A DNA stretch of 64,000 nt from Octopus bimaculoides (lineage: Eukaryota). Where the stretch lies: positions 10,069,977 to 10,133,976 of the forward strand of contig NC_068982.1 of assembly GCF_001194135.2 (NCBI RefSeq), in the 5' to 3' direction. The notes under the pieces were generated by a model, which was given only the letters and a program-made list of their open reading frames with translations, did not search any database and had not been told where the DNA came from. Each line of letters starts with the position of its first letter. The first letter of the stretch is position 1. Position numbers and translations under genes: made by a program. Positions 47,231 to 61,254 of this stretch are shown one piece after another.

Positions 47231-48769
47231 TTGTGCAGCTGCTGCTACTGAAAATGAACATCATTATTATCACATGTCTAAATTATCAAAACGCTGTAGA
47301 TATTGGTTATTTCATGGTGTGTTTAAAACAAAAGAAAATAATAACTGTATATACAAACATTCATACATTACTCTAAATGTATGAGTAGATGCATCTTGTG
47401 ATTTAAGCTCTCATTGGACCCAATGATTAAGAGAGAAAACTAACAGAACCATGTTGCAGAACTGTATTGATAATTCTTTGGAATTCTCAGTATCTTTCGG
47501 TCAGCCATTGCAAGTACCATGAATCACATCTGTTTTGCATCTGTTCCTGCTGAAGAGAAACAGTTGTTAGCTTAAAAATAATAGAACTCTTGAAAGCATC
47601 CTTAATAACTATGTACACACACCCACACACTTTTGTATTGGATAAGACATTTCTTAACATCATATAGGATCCCAAAAGATTTGAAAATAGCTTAATGGGA
47701 TTTGGGGACAATATTCATCATCATCATCATCATCCAGTGTTTTAAATCCAGGTTTTGTCCCCATTAACGGGGGTGGCTGGATCTACTTAAATGCCATAGC
47801 AACTGAGGTAGACAGGTGCAGCCTACCCCAACCTTTGGGCTGGCTGGTGCCCATTCTCCTTTGCTATCATGAGGCTTTTTGGAGCTGGATTTTCTACAGG
47901 GAGCATGCCCTTGCTTACCCCTAATCTCAGTTTTTAGACAGGAGTGGTCCCAAGACCAAGGCCTCTACCAGGATTTGTAAGAAATGTGGTGGAAAACTAG
48001 CTCAGGAAGGCAGGGACGCTACTCCCTGAGAGGCCTTTCGGAGGCCCCCCCCCCCACTACCTAATACTCAAACATAAAAATGATAGACAGCTGCCAATAG
48101 GCAGGGCTAGGGATGAGAGTTAAGACACCTTAAATCTCTATAAAATTCAATTTTGAAAAAAATGTGCCAACAACTCACCAGTGTTACTAATTCATTCAGA
48201 TGAGAAGAATTAGGTTTCGTAAAAGAGTAATATCAAAATGCGAATTAAACACAAACTCAGTCATGTCTGCGATACATACATACATACACACTCATATATA
48301 GATATATATACACACATATACCACACAACTTTATCTTTTACAGAAAGGAAACAGACCAATGAACACGGTTATATATACCTACACCCCCCAGTAAAAATTA
48401 TGCATATGACACTGCTAGCATACCACACACCCATCCCTGCAGGGAAACCACATTAAATAATACAAGCTTTCCCTACTTCAAGATAATTCTTGCCGGCTTC
48501 ATAACATACCCAACAAAGGGGCATAACTCCTAGCTTAATCACCTGGTCCCTTCTTCATTTCACCACTTTTTTCACAGCAGACACTGACCAGTTGTGCTAA
48601 TCCACTTCCGACAATGGAGAGCAGTCACCATATTCCCTTCCATATCAGCTACCTCTGATGAGCGTAACTATATAACTGGATTGTTAACTAACACTCCATT
48701 GTATTTTTTGTGCAAAACCGATTGGTATAACCAGCCGTGATGGATACTTAATACTATAAAATTCAGATA

Positions 48770-48885
48770 ATTATATATATATATATATATGTATGTATAT
48801 ACATACACACGGAGACATATGTATATACATATATATACACTCATACATATGTATATATACACTCAGACATATATATATGTCTATA

Positions 48886-48946
<61 letters not shown>

Positions 48947-49003
48947 GGACAGACATGTATATACATATATATGTATATAGACATATATATACACACAGAC
49001 ATG

Positions 49004-49042
<39 letters not shown>

Positions 49043-49134
49043 ACAAATATATATACATACAGACATGTATATATATATATAGACATATATATGCACACTG
49101 CACACACAGAGACATATATAATATATATATATAT
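48770..49134. repeat. (TA)n/(CATA)n microsatellite field
   Basis: Direct observation. Confidence 0.95.
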
Positions 49135-50915
49135 CATCATCATCGTTTAACGTCCGCTTTCCATGCTGGCATGGGTTGGACGATTTGACTGAGGACTGGT
49201 GAAACTGGATGGCAACACCAGGCTCCAATCTAATTTGGCAGAGTTTCTACAGCTGGATGCCCTTCCTAACGCCAACCACTCCGAGAGTGTAGTGGGTGCT
49301 TTTACGTGTCACCTGCACGAGGGCCAGTCAGGCGGTACTGGCAATGGCCACGCTCAAAATGGTGTCTTTTATGTGCCACCCGCACAAGAGCCAGTCCAGC
49401 GGCACTGGCAATGATCTCGCTCGAAAATCCTATGAAGGCCAGTCAGGCGGTACTGGCAATGGNNNNNNNNNNNNNNNNNNNNNNNNNNNNNNNNNNNNNN
49501 NNNNNNNNNNNNNNNNNNNNNNNNNNNNNNNNNNNNNNNNNNNNNNNNNNNNNNNNNNNNNNNNNNNNNNNNNNNNNNNNNNNNNNNNNNNNNNNNNNNN
49601 NNNNNNNNNNNNNNNNNNNNNNNNNNNNNNNNNNNNNNNNNNNNNNNNNNNNNNNNNNNNNNNNNNNNNNNNNNNNNNNNNNNNNNNNNNNNNNNNNNNN
49701 NNNNNNNNNNNNNNNNNNNNNNNNNNNNNNNNNNNNNNNNNNNNNNNNNNNNNNNNNNNNNNNNNNNNNNNNNNNNNNNNNNNNNNNNNNNNNNNNNNNN
49801 NNNNNNNNNNNNNNNNNNNNNNNNNNNNNNNNNNNNNNNNNNNNNNNNNNNNNNNNNNNNNNNNNNNNNNNNNNNNNNNNNNNNNNNNNNNNNNNNNNNN
49901 NNNNNNNNNNNNNNNNNNNNNNNNNNNNNNNNNNNNNNNNNNNNNNNNNNNNNNNNNNNNNNNNNNNNNNNNNNNNNNNNNNNNNNNNNNNNNNNNNNNN
50001 NNNNNNNNNNNNNNNNNNNNNNNNNNNNNNNNNNNNNNNNNNNNNNNNNNNNNNNNNNNNNNNNNNNNNNNNNNNNNNNNNNNNNNNNNNNNNNNNNNNN
50101 NNNNNNNNNNNNNNNNNNNNNNNNNNNNNNNNNNNNNNNNNNNNNNNNNNNNNNNNNNNNNNNNNNNNNNNNNNNNNNNNNNNNNNNNNNNNNNNNNNNN
50201 NNNNNNNNNNNNNNNNNCCCTGGAATGAGATAGAAGTTGTTTCCTGTTTGTTTACAGTCTTTATTGCACCTGAACATCTGCCACATACAAAAACTAACTT
50301 CGTAGTTAATCTGCCTTTGATATTGCTGCACTCTTATGTGTCCATAGCTTGCACTGGGTACATCTTATAGAGTTACTACCTACTCCTTTTCTACATACCA
50401 AGCAGGGCCATATACCTGAAGGGCTTTGTGTTTTATCTACCTTCCTACTTATTAGGATTTTGGTTTTTGCTAGGTTGACTCTAAGGCCCTTCGATTCTAG
50501 TCCTTGCTTCCACACCTGAAACTTCTCCTCTAGTTCTGATAGTGACTCTGCAATTAGTGCAAGGTCATCAGCATAGAGGAGCTCCCAGGGACAAACTGTC
50601 TTGAATTCCTCTGTGATCGCCTGGAGGACTATAATAAATAGGAGGGGACTGAGGACGGAACCTTGGTGGACCCCTACCTCTACCTGGAATTCATTACTGT
50701 ACTCATTTCCAACCCTCACCTTACTGGCAGCATCTCTGTACATGGCTCGCACAGCTCTCACTAACCATTCTTCTACCCCAAGTTTCCTCATTGACCACCA
50801 GATAAGGGATCGGGGGACCCTGTCAAAGGCTTTTTCCATGTCAACGAAGGCCAGGTACAGAGGTTTATCCTTGGCTAGGTATTTCTCCTGCAGCTGTCTC
50901 ACTAGAAATATGGCA
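49135..50915 (-). mobile_element. RTE-clade LINE: RT domain, zinc-finger insert, gap, 3' UTR and (GAT)n tail
   Basis: 50306-50902 encodes FVDMEKAFDRV, GVHQGSVLSPLLF, LLYADDL and RVNLAKTK. After a 1-nt frameshift it continues as CSNIKGRL...CGRCSG...SFQG. The 3' UTR at 49135-49462 is on the same strand across a 755-N gap. Confidence 0.92.
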
Positions 50916-51392
50916 NNNNNNNNNNATGAATATAGAGCTCAGCTTGCTTGTCATTATAATCTAACTATCAAATTATCCACTGACATTATTTACTATTCTT
51001 CAACTCTCAGTTGACGTCTAGTGTCTACATTAAACTACAGATATTATATGTTCTGATTATTAAGTATACCTATTTCCTGAACTAAATTGTCATAGTGAGT
51101 AATTTTAATTGATTTACTAAGAGTTTTTACAACAGAGATTACAGTTCCAAGAGAACATTCCACAAGATATCCATAAACATTATAACAACTGCCAGACATT
51201 TCCTACAATTTCTTCTTCCTAATTTCTTAACATAATTGTCGTTGGATTTGAGAGAAGAAGCATGAGACGGTAGTTGTATTTCGTTTTTCTATCCATCAGG
51301 AATCCTCTCAATGGCTGTATATTAGACAGCTAGAATACAGTCAATGTTATATTTTCTGATGGTTAATCGTGATCATTATAATGACGTTACCC

Positions 51393-51793
51393 TAGGAGTG
51401 GCTCTGTGGTAAGTAGCTTGCTTATGAACCACATGGTTCCGGGTTCAGTCCCTCTGCGTTGCACCTTGGGCAAGTGTCTTCTTCAATAGCCTCAGGCCGA
51501 CCAAAGCCTTGTGGGTGGGTTTGGTAGACGGAAACTGAAAGAAGCCTGTCGTATATATGTATATATATATGTATGTGTGTGTGTCTGTGTTTGTGCATCT
51601 GTGTTTGTCCCCCCAACATTGCTTGACAACCGATGGTGGTGTGTTTATGTCCCCATAACTTAGCGGTTCAGCAAAAGAGACTGATAGAATAAGTACTAGG
51701 CTTACAAAAAATAAGTACTGTGGTCGATTTGCTTGGCTAAAGGCGGTGCTCCAGCATGGCCACAGTCAAAATGCCTGAAACAAGTAAAAGAGT
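51393..51793 (+). mobile_element. Family A SINE (full length)
   Basis: ggagtggctctgtggtaagtagcttg...gggttcagtccc...gcggtgctccagcatggccacagtc...aagtaaaagagt. Confidence 0.92.
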
Positions 51794-51915
51794 ATACTTT
51801 TCAGTTATTGCATTCTGTTAATGATTAAATGTATAGGTGCAGCAGGTGTGGTTGTGTGGTAACAAATTTGCTTCTAAGCCTTTCATGCTTCTAGGTTCAA
51901 CTCCACTGTGTGGTA

Positions 51916-52620
51916 CATCATCATCATTGTTTAACGTCCGTTTTCCATGCAGGCATGAGTTGGATGACTCAACTGAGGTCTGGGAAGCCAGGAGGCTGCA
52001 CCAGACTCCAGTCTGATCTGACAGCGTTTCTACAGCTGGATGCTCTTCCTAACGCCAACCACTCCGAGAGTGTAGTGGGTGCTTTTTACGTGCTACTAGC
52101 ACAGGGGTCAGAGGAGTCTGGCAATAACCACGATCGGTTGGTGCTTTTTGCATGCCACCGGCACAGAAACCAATCAAGGTGGCGCTGGCATCAGCCATGT
52201 TTCGATGATGCTTTTTACGTGCCACCGGCACAGGGATCACAACTACAATTTCCATTTGATCTTGATTTACTTGACTCAATAGGTCTCCACAAGCACAGCA
52301 GATCGCCCTACGATCTAAGGTATTTTTGAGTGGGCTGGGACTGGTTAAACAACACTGGTGTAGGATAAAACTGTGAACTCACTTTATTTGCCGGGTCTTC
52401 GCAGTCACAACATATCTCCAGAGGTCTCTGTCTTTCGTCATTTCCTCTGTGAGGCCCAACGTTCGAAGGTCATGCTTCACTACCTCATCCCAGGTCTTCC
52501 TGGGTCTACCACTACCCCGGATTCCTTCAACTGTTTGGGAGTGACACTTCTTCACACAGCTCTCCTCATCCATCAGAAGTACATGACCATACCAGTGCAA
52601 ACGTCTCTCTTGTAAATATC
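51916..52620 (-). mobile_element. RTE LINE 3' end: ORF2 C-terminus plus 3' UTR
   Basis: YLQERRLHWYGHVLLMDEESCVKKC...GRPRKTWDEVVKHDLRTLGLTEEMTKDRDLWRYVVTAKTRQIK* (stop 52379), then the UTR with three hairpin units and (GAT)n. Confidence 0.92.
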
Positions 52621-53483
52621 TCCAATCTTCTACTATGCCTCCAGGCCAACCAAAACTTTGTGAGTGCATTCGGTAGACAAAAATTGAAAGAAGCCCATTG
52701 TGTATGTGTATATGTGTGTTTATCACCCACCACCACTTGAAACCAGTGTTGGTTTGTTTATGTCCCCATAACTTAGTAGCTTGGCAAAAAGAGATTGATA
52801 AAATAAGCACCAGACTTTAAAAAGAAAATTAAGTACTGGGATTGAATTATTCTATTAAAACTCAAGGTGGTGCTCCAGCATGACCACAGCCTAATGATTG
52901 ACAAAAGTAAAAGATTTAATACGTTACTCAGATGAATTAAGGTTGTATTGTATGGGTTCACCTGCTTCTGTCAATGTTACTGTTCCTGTTGTTTAGTGCC
53001 CAGACAGCCCAGATGATACAGACCTATGATCAAAGACACTCCATTTTCTGACCTCTACGACTGTGTTTGCCTACATCCACCACTTAACAATGGGTGGCGA
53101 TGTGTTTACATCCTCTTAACTTAGTGGTTCGGCAAAAGAGACCCATAGATTAAGTATCAGGTTTAAAACATGATAAGCACCGAGGTCGATTCACTTGACT
53201 AAAATTCTTTGAGGTGGTGCCCCAGTATGGCCACAGTCTAATGACTGGAATGAACAAAAGATAAAAGAGTCTCTGGTGATTTGGCATTAAACATTGAATG
53301 TAGTTTTACACACAAAAAAACATTATTGTTTGACAGCTACATTATTGTTGGACATGCCTATAAATTGATGATTTTTGACGGTCTGTATATTGTCATCTTG
53401 CCTTATGTTATGTGCCTTAGGTCAAAGTAACTGAGGATAGATATAGATAATTGAATTTCTTGATTTTTGGTAATAAGCAAATA

Positions 53484-53524
<41 letters not shown>

Positions 53525-53827
53525 TATATGATTAAAATAACAATAACAAACGGCAAAAACAATGATAGTATCATCAGTAACAAGATCAATACTTGCATTT
53601 ATATGTATAGAAACATGTAGAGTGACACATAGGCCGTATGAATAATATATAGCAAAATCAATTTTGCTGTAAGGATGAATATGTAATTATATAAGTTATG
53701 AAATAATTATATATTAATAAAACAGAAACCTATCCAATACACAACAGAGAATATACAAATATGTCCATATATATGTGTGTGTGTGTGGTGTGTGTGTGCA
53801 TGTATGTGTGTGTGTGTGTGTATATGT

Positions 53828-54172
53828 ATATCATCATCATCATCGTTTAACGTCCGCTTTCCATGCTAGCATGGGTTGGACGATTTGACTGAGGACTGGT
53901 GGACCAGGAGGCGCCACCAGGCTCCAATCTGATTTGGCAGAGTTTCTACACCTGGATGCCCTTCCTAATGCCAACCACTCCGAGGGCATATTNNNNNNNN
54001 NNTGTATATGTATATCATCATCATCATCGTTTAACGTCCGCTTTCCATGCTAGCATAGGTTGGACGATTTGACTGAGGACTGGTGGACCAGGAGGCGCCA
54101 CCAGGCTCCAATCTGATTTGGCAGAGTTTCTACACCTGGATGCCCTTCCTAATGCCAACCACTCCGAGGGCA
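53828..54172 (-). mobile_element. RTE 3' tail present twice across a 10-N gap (probable assembly duplication)
   Basis: 53828-53990 and 54013-54172 are near-identical, including their flanks. Confidence 0.8.
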
Positions 54173-54176
54173 TATT

Positions 54177-54245
<69 letters not shown>

Positions 54246-55419
54246 GAGTGTATCTGAAGTAATTTAGCAAACCGGGGCCAGAGATGAAGGATTTTGTCAC
54301 GACACCTTCCATTCTTGTTCTCCATACGCACTCTTTTAGTACTGCAACTGTACAGAGAAAACATGCCTCACCTTCCTTTGAAAGTCCGGCTGGTGGTACC
54401 ATCTTTATTATAGATCCACGTCTGCTAAACATGATAGCAGCTCACTTCTGCACGCAATATATATATTTCAAGCAAACACACAGTCACTAATTTTGAAACA
54501 ATCAAAAAGGCTACCTCTAAAATCTCTCTAAGCGATCAACGCAGTAGTTGTACTGACAAATAATATTCGTAGCCACTTCAACAGGGCTGTCCGTTCGAAT
54601 GGACTCTGTGATTTTTTAACCCCAAGTGGACATCTCCTCTAAATGGTTAATGATGCACAGCTGCATCTGACAAATTGGTTTTTATGTTTGGAATAGAAGC
54701 GATATGATCAATGGCTCATTATTTCAAATCTGTTGTCAGTATTTTGTCAGGTTCTCTTATTTGTTTAGCACCGTAAAACTCTCTACCAAATGTCAGCTCG
54801 GAACATACATAGTTGTTGGGTAGCCTTAGTCAGGTTAGTTTAAACAGTTCAATGATATGAAGGAAACAACTGATCAAACAAATTGTTCAATCATAATTGT
54901 TAGCTGCAACCATAACTTTTTTTCTTTTTCCCTTTTTATATTTTCCTAATGTTTACCTTTTTTGAAGGTAAACGAGTCAGCTGGAGATCAAATTGGCAGT
55001 TAAATTGAGGAAGTTGAACAGCTTTGAAAATGCTTCCTTGAATTTAGTTCATTAGAGTTAATTCAACTGAATATAGTTAGTCTAATTGAGAACTATGCAT
55101 GATCAAGTGAACAGGGCATCAGATAGCCACAACTAGTTCATATGAAAACAGCATATAAAGTAGTGTAGCTCTATAGGTGGGTGTATGGGCAGAAAAAAAA
55201 AAAAACCCGATGCAACAGCAAACCTGTAAAGACAAGAGCACTAAAGGCAGAGGCCTTGAGAATCTAATTGACTAAAGTATAAACGTCATTATTGGCAGTT
55301 ATGAAATCCATTGTGGATACATACAATGGTAAGTGTTAATTTCAGCAACACAAAGGCAGAGTGTGATTAAGTACTTTGGTTTAAAAGAGATTAATTTAAA
55401 AGTCAACTGGTATTCTTTT

Positions 55420-56015
55420 ACTGGTTTCAGTTATTTGACTGTGGCCATGCTGGAGCACCGCCTTTAGTCGAACAAATCGACCCCAAGACTTATTCTTTGT
55501 AAGCCTAGTACTTATTCTACCGGTCTGTTTTGCCAAACCGCTAAGTTATAGGGACGTAAAAACACCGACAATGGTTGTCAAGCAAAGGTGGGGGGACAAA
55601 CACAGACACACAAACATACATATATACATATATATATATGTATACGTGATTCATCCCAGGCCTGCCTGACTGGCTCCTGTGCTAGTGGCATGTAAAAAGC
55701 ACCCAGTGGTTGGCATTAGGAAGGGCAACCAGCTGTGGAAACTTTGCCAGATCAGATTGGAGCCTGGTGTAGCTGCTGGCCCTCCAGACCTCAGTCAAAC
55801 CGTCCAACCCATGCCAGCAGGGAAAGCAGACGTTAAACGATGATGATGATGATGTTGAGCTTCTTTCAGTTTCCATCTACCAAATCCGCTCACAAGGCTT
55901 TGGTCAGCCCGAGGCTATAGTAGAAGACACTTGCCCAAGGTGCCACGCAGTGGGACTGAACCCAGAAGCATGTGGTTGGTAATCAAGCTTCTTACCACAC
56001 AGCCACACCTGTGCC
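55420..56015 (-). mobile_element. Family A SINE with an RTE tail (55655-55855, +) inserted at its central microsatellite
   Basis: Collinear SINE halves flank the insert. Confidence 0.85.
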
Positions 56016-56386
56016 TTAGTGCAAAGAAAAAGTAAATACACACACACACACAAAACAAAACTCAGTGTAGACTTTTATTATAATAGTTACCGAAAAAATG
56101 TGTTGCTTACATAGCAAAATTTAAACATCATAGAATTATCTGAAAAGTGCAATTTGAATGAAATTTGAAAAGAACATCTGGATATGTATAAAGGACAAAG
56201 CCTAAGAACTGAAATGCCAAGCAGTGAAGAATATCTGAGGGGGAAAAACTGACACACTAACCAAAAAATGGAGAAAGTATTGGCTGAACAGATGAAAGAC
56301 AGGAGAAAATGTAGATGCAGTGTGACAACATGGTATGTAAAGTTACAAGCAAAGATAAGCTAAATCTAAAAGAGTGACAATAGTTC

Positions 56387-56815
56387 AGTTCTATATTTAA
56401 GAGATGAGGAATTATGTACATTATTTACATTACTTACATTTGACGGATATTTGTCCTCATCTTGTTTGGTGTTAACACAATGTTTCGCCTGATATACCCT
56501 CCAGCATTCATCAAGTGCCTTGGGGAAACTTCGAACCTGAGATCTCATTCCTAAGGTATTTTCCAATGTTATTATTATTGTTATTATTATTCAGGCATAG
56601 TGTTTAAGAGCATAGGATACTAACCCCAAGATTCTGAGTTCGATTCCAGGCAGTGACCTGAATAATAATAATAATAACATCGAAAAATATGTTAGGAATG
56701 AGAACCCAGGTTCAAAATTTCCCCAAGACACCTGATGAAGGCTGGTGGGTATATCAGCCAAAACGTTAACAACAAACAAGATGAGGACAAATATCCGTCA
56801 AATGTAAATAATGTA
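56387..56815. mobile_element. Family D inverted pair 4
   Basis: Minus body 56387-56595 is joined through gg to a plus copy starting catagtgtttaagagc (tRNA head), with B box gagttcgattcc and cctgatgaaggctggtgggtatatcagcc. Confidence 0.9.
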
Positions 56816-57088
56816 GTAACAATAGTTATTTCCAAAATAAAAAAAATTTCTTCAGAATCTGTATTTCTGTTTGTATATATCTTGAATTTTTACAAATTCA
56901 GTCTATTTTAACAAAAACGTATTTTCAATAATATACTCCTAATGAGAAGCTCTTCTACCTAAAATATATTTCTGGGCTTATAAAGCACATTTCTAGCTAA
57001 TAGAACCATGAAAAGTAATGACTGATATTATTTTATTAAAGTAATTTTCAAGTCATTCTGGAAGGAAGACGGTTCATGAATATACATA

Positions 57089-57435
57089 GGCGCGGGAGTG
57101 GCTGTGTGGTAAAGTAGCTTGCTTACCAACCACATGGCTCCGGGTTCAGTCCCACTGTGTGGCACCTTGTGCAAGTGTCTTCTACTATAGCCTCAGGCCG
57201 ACCAAAGCCTTGCGAGTGTATTTGGTAGAAGGAAACTGAAAGAAGCCCGTCGTATATATGTATATGTATATATATATATGTGTGTGTGTGTGTGTCGGCA
57301 GTTTGGCAAAAGAAACCGATAGAATAAGTACTAGGCTTACAAAGAATAACTACTCTGGTCGGTTTGTTTGACTAAAGGCAGTGCTCCAGCATGGCCACAG
57401 TCAAATGACTGTAGCAAATAAAAGAATAAAAGAAT
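57089..57435 (+). mobile_element. Family A SINE (internal deletion)
   Basis: Intact head and tail modules. Confidence 0.9.
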
Positions 57436-57539
57436 ACTGAGAACGAGAGATGCAAAAAGTCAAAGATTGGAAGGATGAGTAGCGTCTTTAATATGTAATG
57501 ATGAAAATAGATTTAAGAGTGAAGGATACATTTAGGCTA

Positions 57540-58250
57540 AGAAGACACAGTTGGCAGAAGGGGCTATTTTGCAAGCATTTGTGATCACCTTAATATTTTG
57601 TAAAATAAAGGCCATTGAAATAATTCAGGTGCATGTTTTCTTTACTAAGATTTATCCAAGAATCCATTTTTGAACTCAGATGAATTTTCAAGTGATTTTG
57701 ACTTCTGACTTTTACATTATGTGTCAAGAGAAGAATGAATATAAGAATTGAAATTACAGTTCTTTCAATGGCAGCAGCAATTCTTTGAAATAAATATGAA
57801 CAGTCATAATATATTTCTATGCTGAACTGGCCATATACATTAGAAGCTTTACTAATGGGATTAAGATTACCATAATTGTCTCCATGATATGTAAAAGAAC
57901 ACAAGTCTGTATGATAAGCACTGTATGAATTCATTATAGTCTGCTAATTACTAATATATTTCAAAGACCAGGAAATGGAATTGCTTCACAGTATTATTGA
58001 ATGGAATTTTGAAAGAACTGAAGACTAGTTTTGCATGTATTTTGAATGTCAAACATGAAGTAATTTTTTCTTTTGTTTTTAGAGAACAAAGTTTGGTAGT
58101 GCGGCATGATGCAATTTGACCTACGATATTGATTCAAAATCAAATTTCTTTTCAACATGGAAATTAGAAATCTTCATGAAATGTTTTTCAATTCCCCAAA
58201 AAATTAGTTATAGTTTTACCATTGAGTAAGTGAAGAAGGAACTAGACCGT
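57540..58250 (+). pseudogene. Possible decayed hAT (Buster/SPIN-type) transposase
   Basis: WQKGYFASICDHLNIL*NKG (compare AYLxDIFxHLNxLNxxLQG) and LKELKTSF. Many stops. Confidence 0.3.
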
Positions 58251-58329
58251 GCACTTGGTAAAGAAAAGAAAATTTTAATCAAAGACAAGTAGTTTACAAG
58301 TAAAAGATAAATAGAAAATTAGATTATGA

Positions 58330-58566
58330 GATGGTGAGCTGGCAGAAACATTAGCACACCGGGCGAAATGCTTAGCGGTATTTCGTCTGCCGTTACGTTC
58401 TGAGTTCAAATTCTGCCAAGGTCAACTTTGCCTTTCGTCCTTTCGGGGTTGATAAATTAAGTACCAGTTATGCACTGGGGTTGATGTAATCGACTTAATC
58501 CCTTTGTCTGTCCTTGATTGTCCCCTCTATGTGTAAGCCCCTTGTGGGCTATAAAGAAACAAGAAA
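58330..58566 (+). mobile_element. Family B SINE with tail type 1
   Basis: Near-consensus copy. Confidence 0.9.
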
Positions 58567-59889
58567 ATTAGATTATAAGTGTTATGATGAACAAATGAAA
58601 ATAAAATCCAAATAATTATGTGTTTAAAATTCCTTACAAGGGGAATTCTTTAGTGGAAGAAAAGCTTTCTGTAAATAAAGTATGGAAACCACTCAAAGAG
58701 TTGGTAAGGAAGCAACAACTGAGATGCAGGCAAACTGCAGGATGGTATAAAGAAATTTCAATGGATGAACAAATTGATGTATCTAGGTCCTGTGCTTGTA
58801 CTGAGTAAAAAAAAAAAAAAACACCCATGCTGGCATCACATGAAAAGTGTTTGGTATTAGGAAGGGTATCCATTTGAAGAAACCATACCAAAAGTGACAA
58901 CTGGATCCTGGTGCAGCTCTCCAGTTCCTGTCAAATCATCCAACCCATGCCAGCATGGAAAATGGATGTTAAATGATGATGATGATGAGGAGTACGAGGC
59001 TATTAGGACTCTTGTTAACATGTTGTGATGATAGTGATAACAGAATAGTAGGGGAAAATTTGTTCAGTAATGAAAAAGTTACAGTGCTGGAATCTTTAGT
59101 TGGTCAGAAGAAAAAGGAAGTTGAAATCTCATATTTTTGGAAGCTGAAAAGTGAAAAGTTCAGCAATATATTTGTGAAAAATTGCATGTAATGTAAGACT
59201 AGCCTGACACCAGGGAAAAAGTAAGAACTACAACATAAGAAAATACTAAGGAAAATTCACCATAACTGCTGCCATTTAATAAACTATAGTGGAAATGAAT
59301 TTTGGAAAGGCAAATTTTATAGGTATACACACCCTCTTTATTATAGAGGTTATTTCTTCAGAGGGAAAAGTAAATGTCGAATTATATGAAATGTATTCCA
59401 AGGACTTAGATGCTTTTTCGTAGCAGCTCCTTCCCATAAGTAATAAATAAACACCTTCAAGGCCCACTTTGCACAAGGTTCATGGTTACAGCTGGGAAAT
59501 AATTGAACTAAATGGCAGTTTTTAGGACTCTGGATGACTTGGTGCTAGAAGGTTATCATTAAATCATATAAGCTGTGTGAACCAATCTAACACACAAAAT
59601 CATTGAAAGCACAAACCGTCTTAACACAATCAGTAGATTTTGGGTTCCCTATGATCCTGAAGTTAATGCAGGGAAGAGAAAATGACAGCCTCACTGCAAA
59701 AAATGTTGTATACAAGGACATTCGACCCATTACTACAATTAAAATAAGGTAGAAACCGAAATTCCTGACAACGAAAGCCCTTTCAACATTGAACACCTGT
59801 GTGATTATTACAATGTCATTGTTGACATCAACGTCTTCTTTTTCTGCATGTCTTCGGATGGTATATTCTTTTATTCCTTTATCTGTTTC

Positions 59890-59955
59890 AGGAATGATAA
59901 CCCAAGTTCAAAATTTCCCAAGATGAGGACAAATATCCATCAAATGTAAATAATA
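59890..59955 (+). mobile_element. Family D fragment lacking the hammerhead segment
   Basis: aaaatttccccaaga|tgaggacaaatatcc: deletion between two caaga microhomologies. Confidence 0.7.
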
Positions 59956-60234
59956 TCCATTTAGTCTGGTTTCTGGATGTCCATTTGTAAATTTCTGAAA
60001 TTTATGTTTTGGGATTAAGATTGGTGGGTATAAAATTTATTAAGTAGAACAGCTTTCATGGGGTCTTGAGCTCCACTAAAATTGTTTTTTGCCCCAGGAG
60101 ATTTTCTCATTACATTTTAGATGGATGTATTTTAGTGCATTTGTCACAGATTAAATACATTAAGTTCAGTATTGGTTGAATCAGTTCAATTTTTTTTTTT
60201 TTTTTAAATTTAAATGCTTTTATTTTTTTAATTC

Positions 60235-60602
60235 TTTTCCTTGTTTCAATCATTTGACTGTGGCCATGCTGGAGCACTACCTTTATTCAAACAAATCGAC
60301 CCCAGGACTTATTCTTTGCAAGCTTAGTACTTATTCTCTCAGTCTCTTTTGCTGAACTGCTAAGTTATGGGGACATAAACACACCAACATCGGTTGTCAA
60401 GCGGTGATAAGGGGACAAACACAGACACACACACACACATATATACGACAAGCTTCTTTCAGTTTCTGTCTCCCAAATTCACTCACAAGGCTTTGGTCAG
60501 CCTGAGGCTATAGCAGATAATACTTGCCCAAAGTGCCATACAGTGGAACTGAACTCGGAACCATATGGTTGGAAAGCAAGCTTCTTACCAAACAGGTACG
60601 CC
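60235..60602 (-). mobile_element. Family A SINE (full length)
   Basis: Same modules as 4981-5400. Confidence 0.9.
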
Positions 60603-61254
60603 TACTCAAATTTTGAAATTCTGAAATACTCTAGATGCAAGCTAATGTTTCTCACATTTGCATTTACATTTTACCTTTATCTTTAAAACCAGAAAAAATT
60701 CAATATTAAAACCTGCTTTTTCTGAAAGCTACTGGGATTCACCTGTTTATCAAATTATTTTCACATATGCATCCAAAAATACCTACAAATGCACAATTTT
60801 CCTGGTTTCGCAGTAGATCTTCAACAAATTCACAAAATTCACATAATCTAAGAAACGAAGCTCAAAACATCAAATTTGATGTGTTTTCGGCAGTGAATAT
60901 GAAATTATTAGCAGTTATGGGGTTTATCATCAATTTATGGCATTAAGAATTATAACTAAATATTGTTTTCTGAATTCTCAATAAATTTTTGATTCATTTT
61001 CTAATGAAATTTGGATACTCTTAAAAAATTGGATAAAAGTGTAAACATAAGGTTCTTTTTTCTTATTTTTTGCTGAACAGCAAATTTATTCTTGTTTTTG
61101 TAAATTCTAAAAATATATGCATTTGGAAGATTTGATGTTTTGTGTCTATGTCTTCCGGTTGCCCATTGTGTAAGATTAGGACAGGAAAGGAATTTTCGAT
61201 GCTGTGAATTCTATCCTCCAACAGCTGGTAAGTTATAGAATGCTATCCTTAGCA

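Noticed and set aside
17137-50370. Long X-filled ORFs at 17137, 39085, 40923 and 49296
   Set aside because: They read through assembly N gaps.
52379-52810. 143-aa ORF as a single gene
   Set aside because: It is chimeric: the N-terminal half is antisense family A SINE and only 52379-52620 is RTE ORF2.
54280-54440. Possible mariner N-terminus on the minus strand (KSAYGE)
   Set aside because: Similarity is limited to a few residues across frames, and no TIR could be defined.
59690-59740. CKKCCIQGHSTHYY zinc-knuckle-like remnant of a LINE ORF1
   Set aside because: It is a single short motif with the last Cys missing and no supporting flanking homology.
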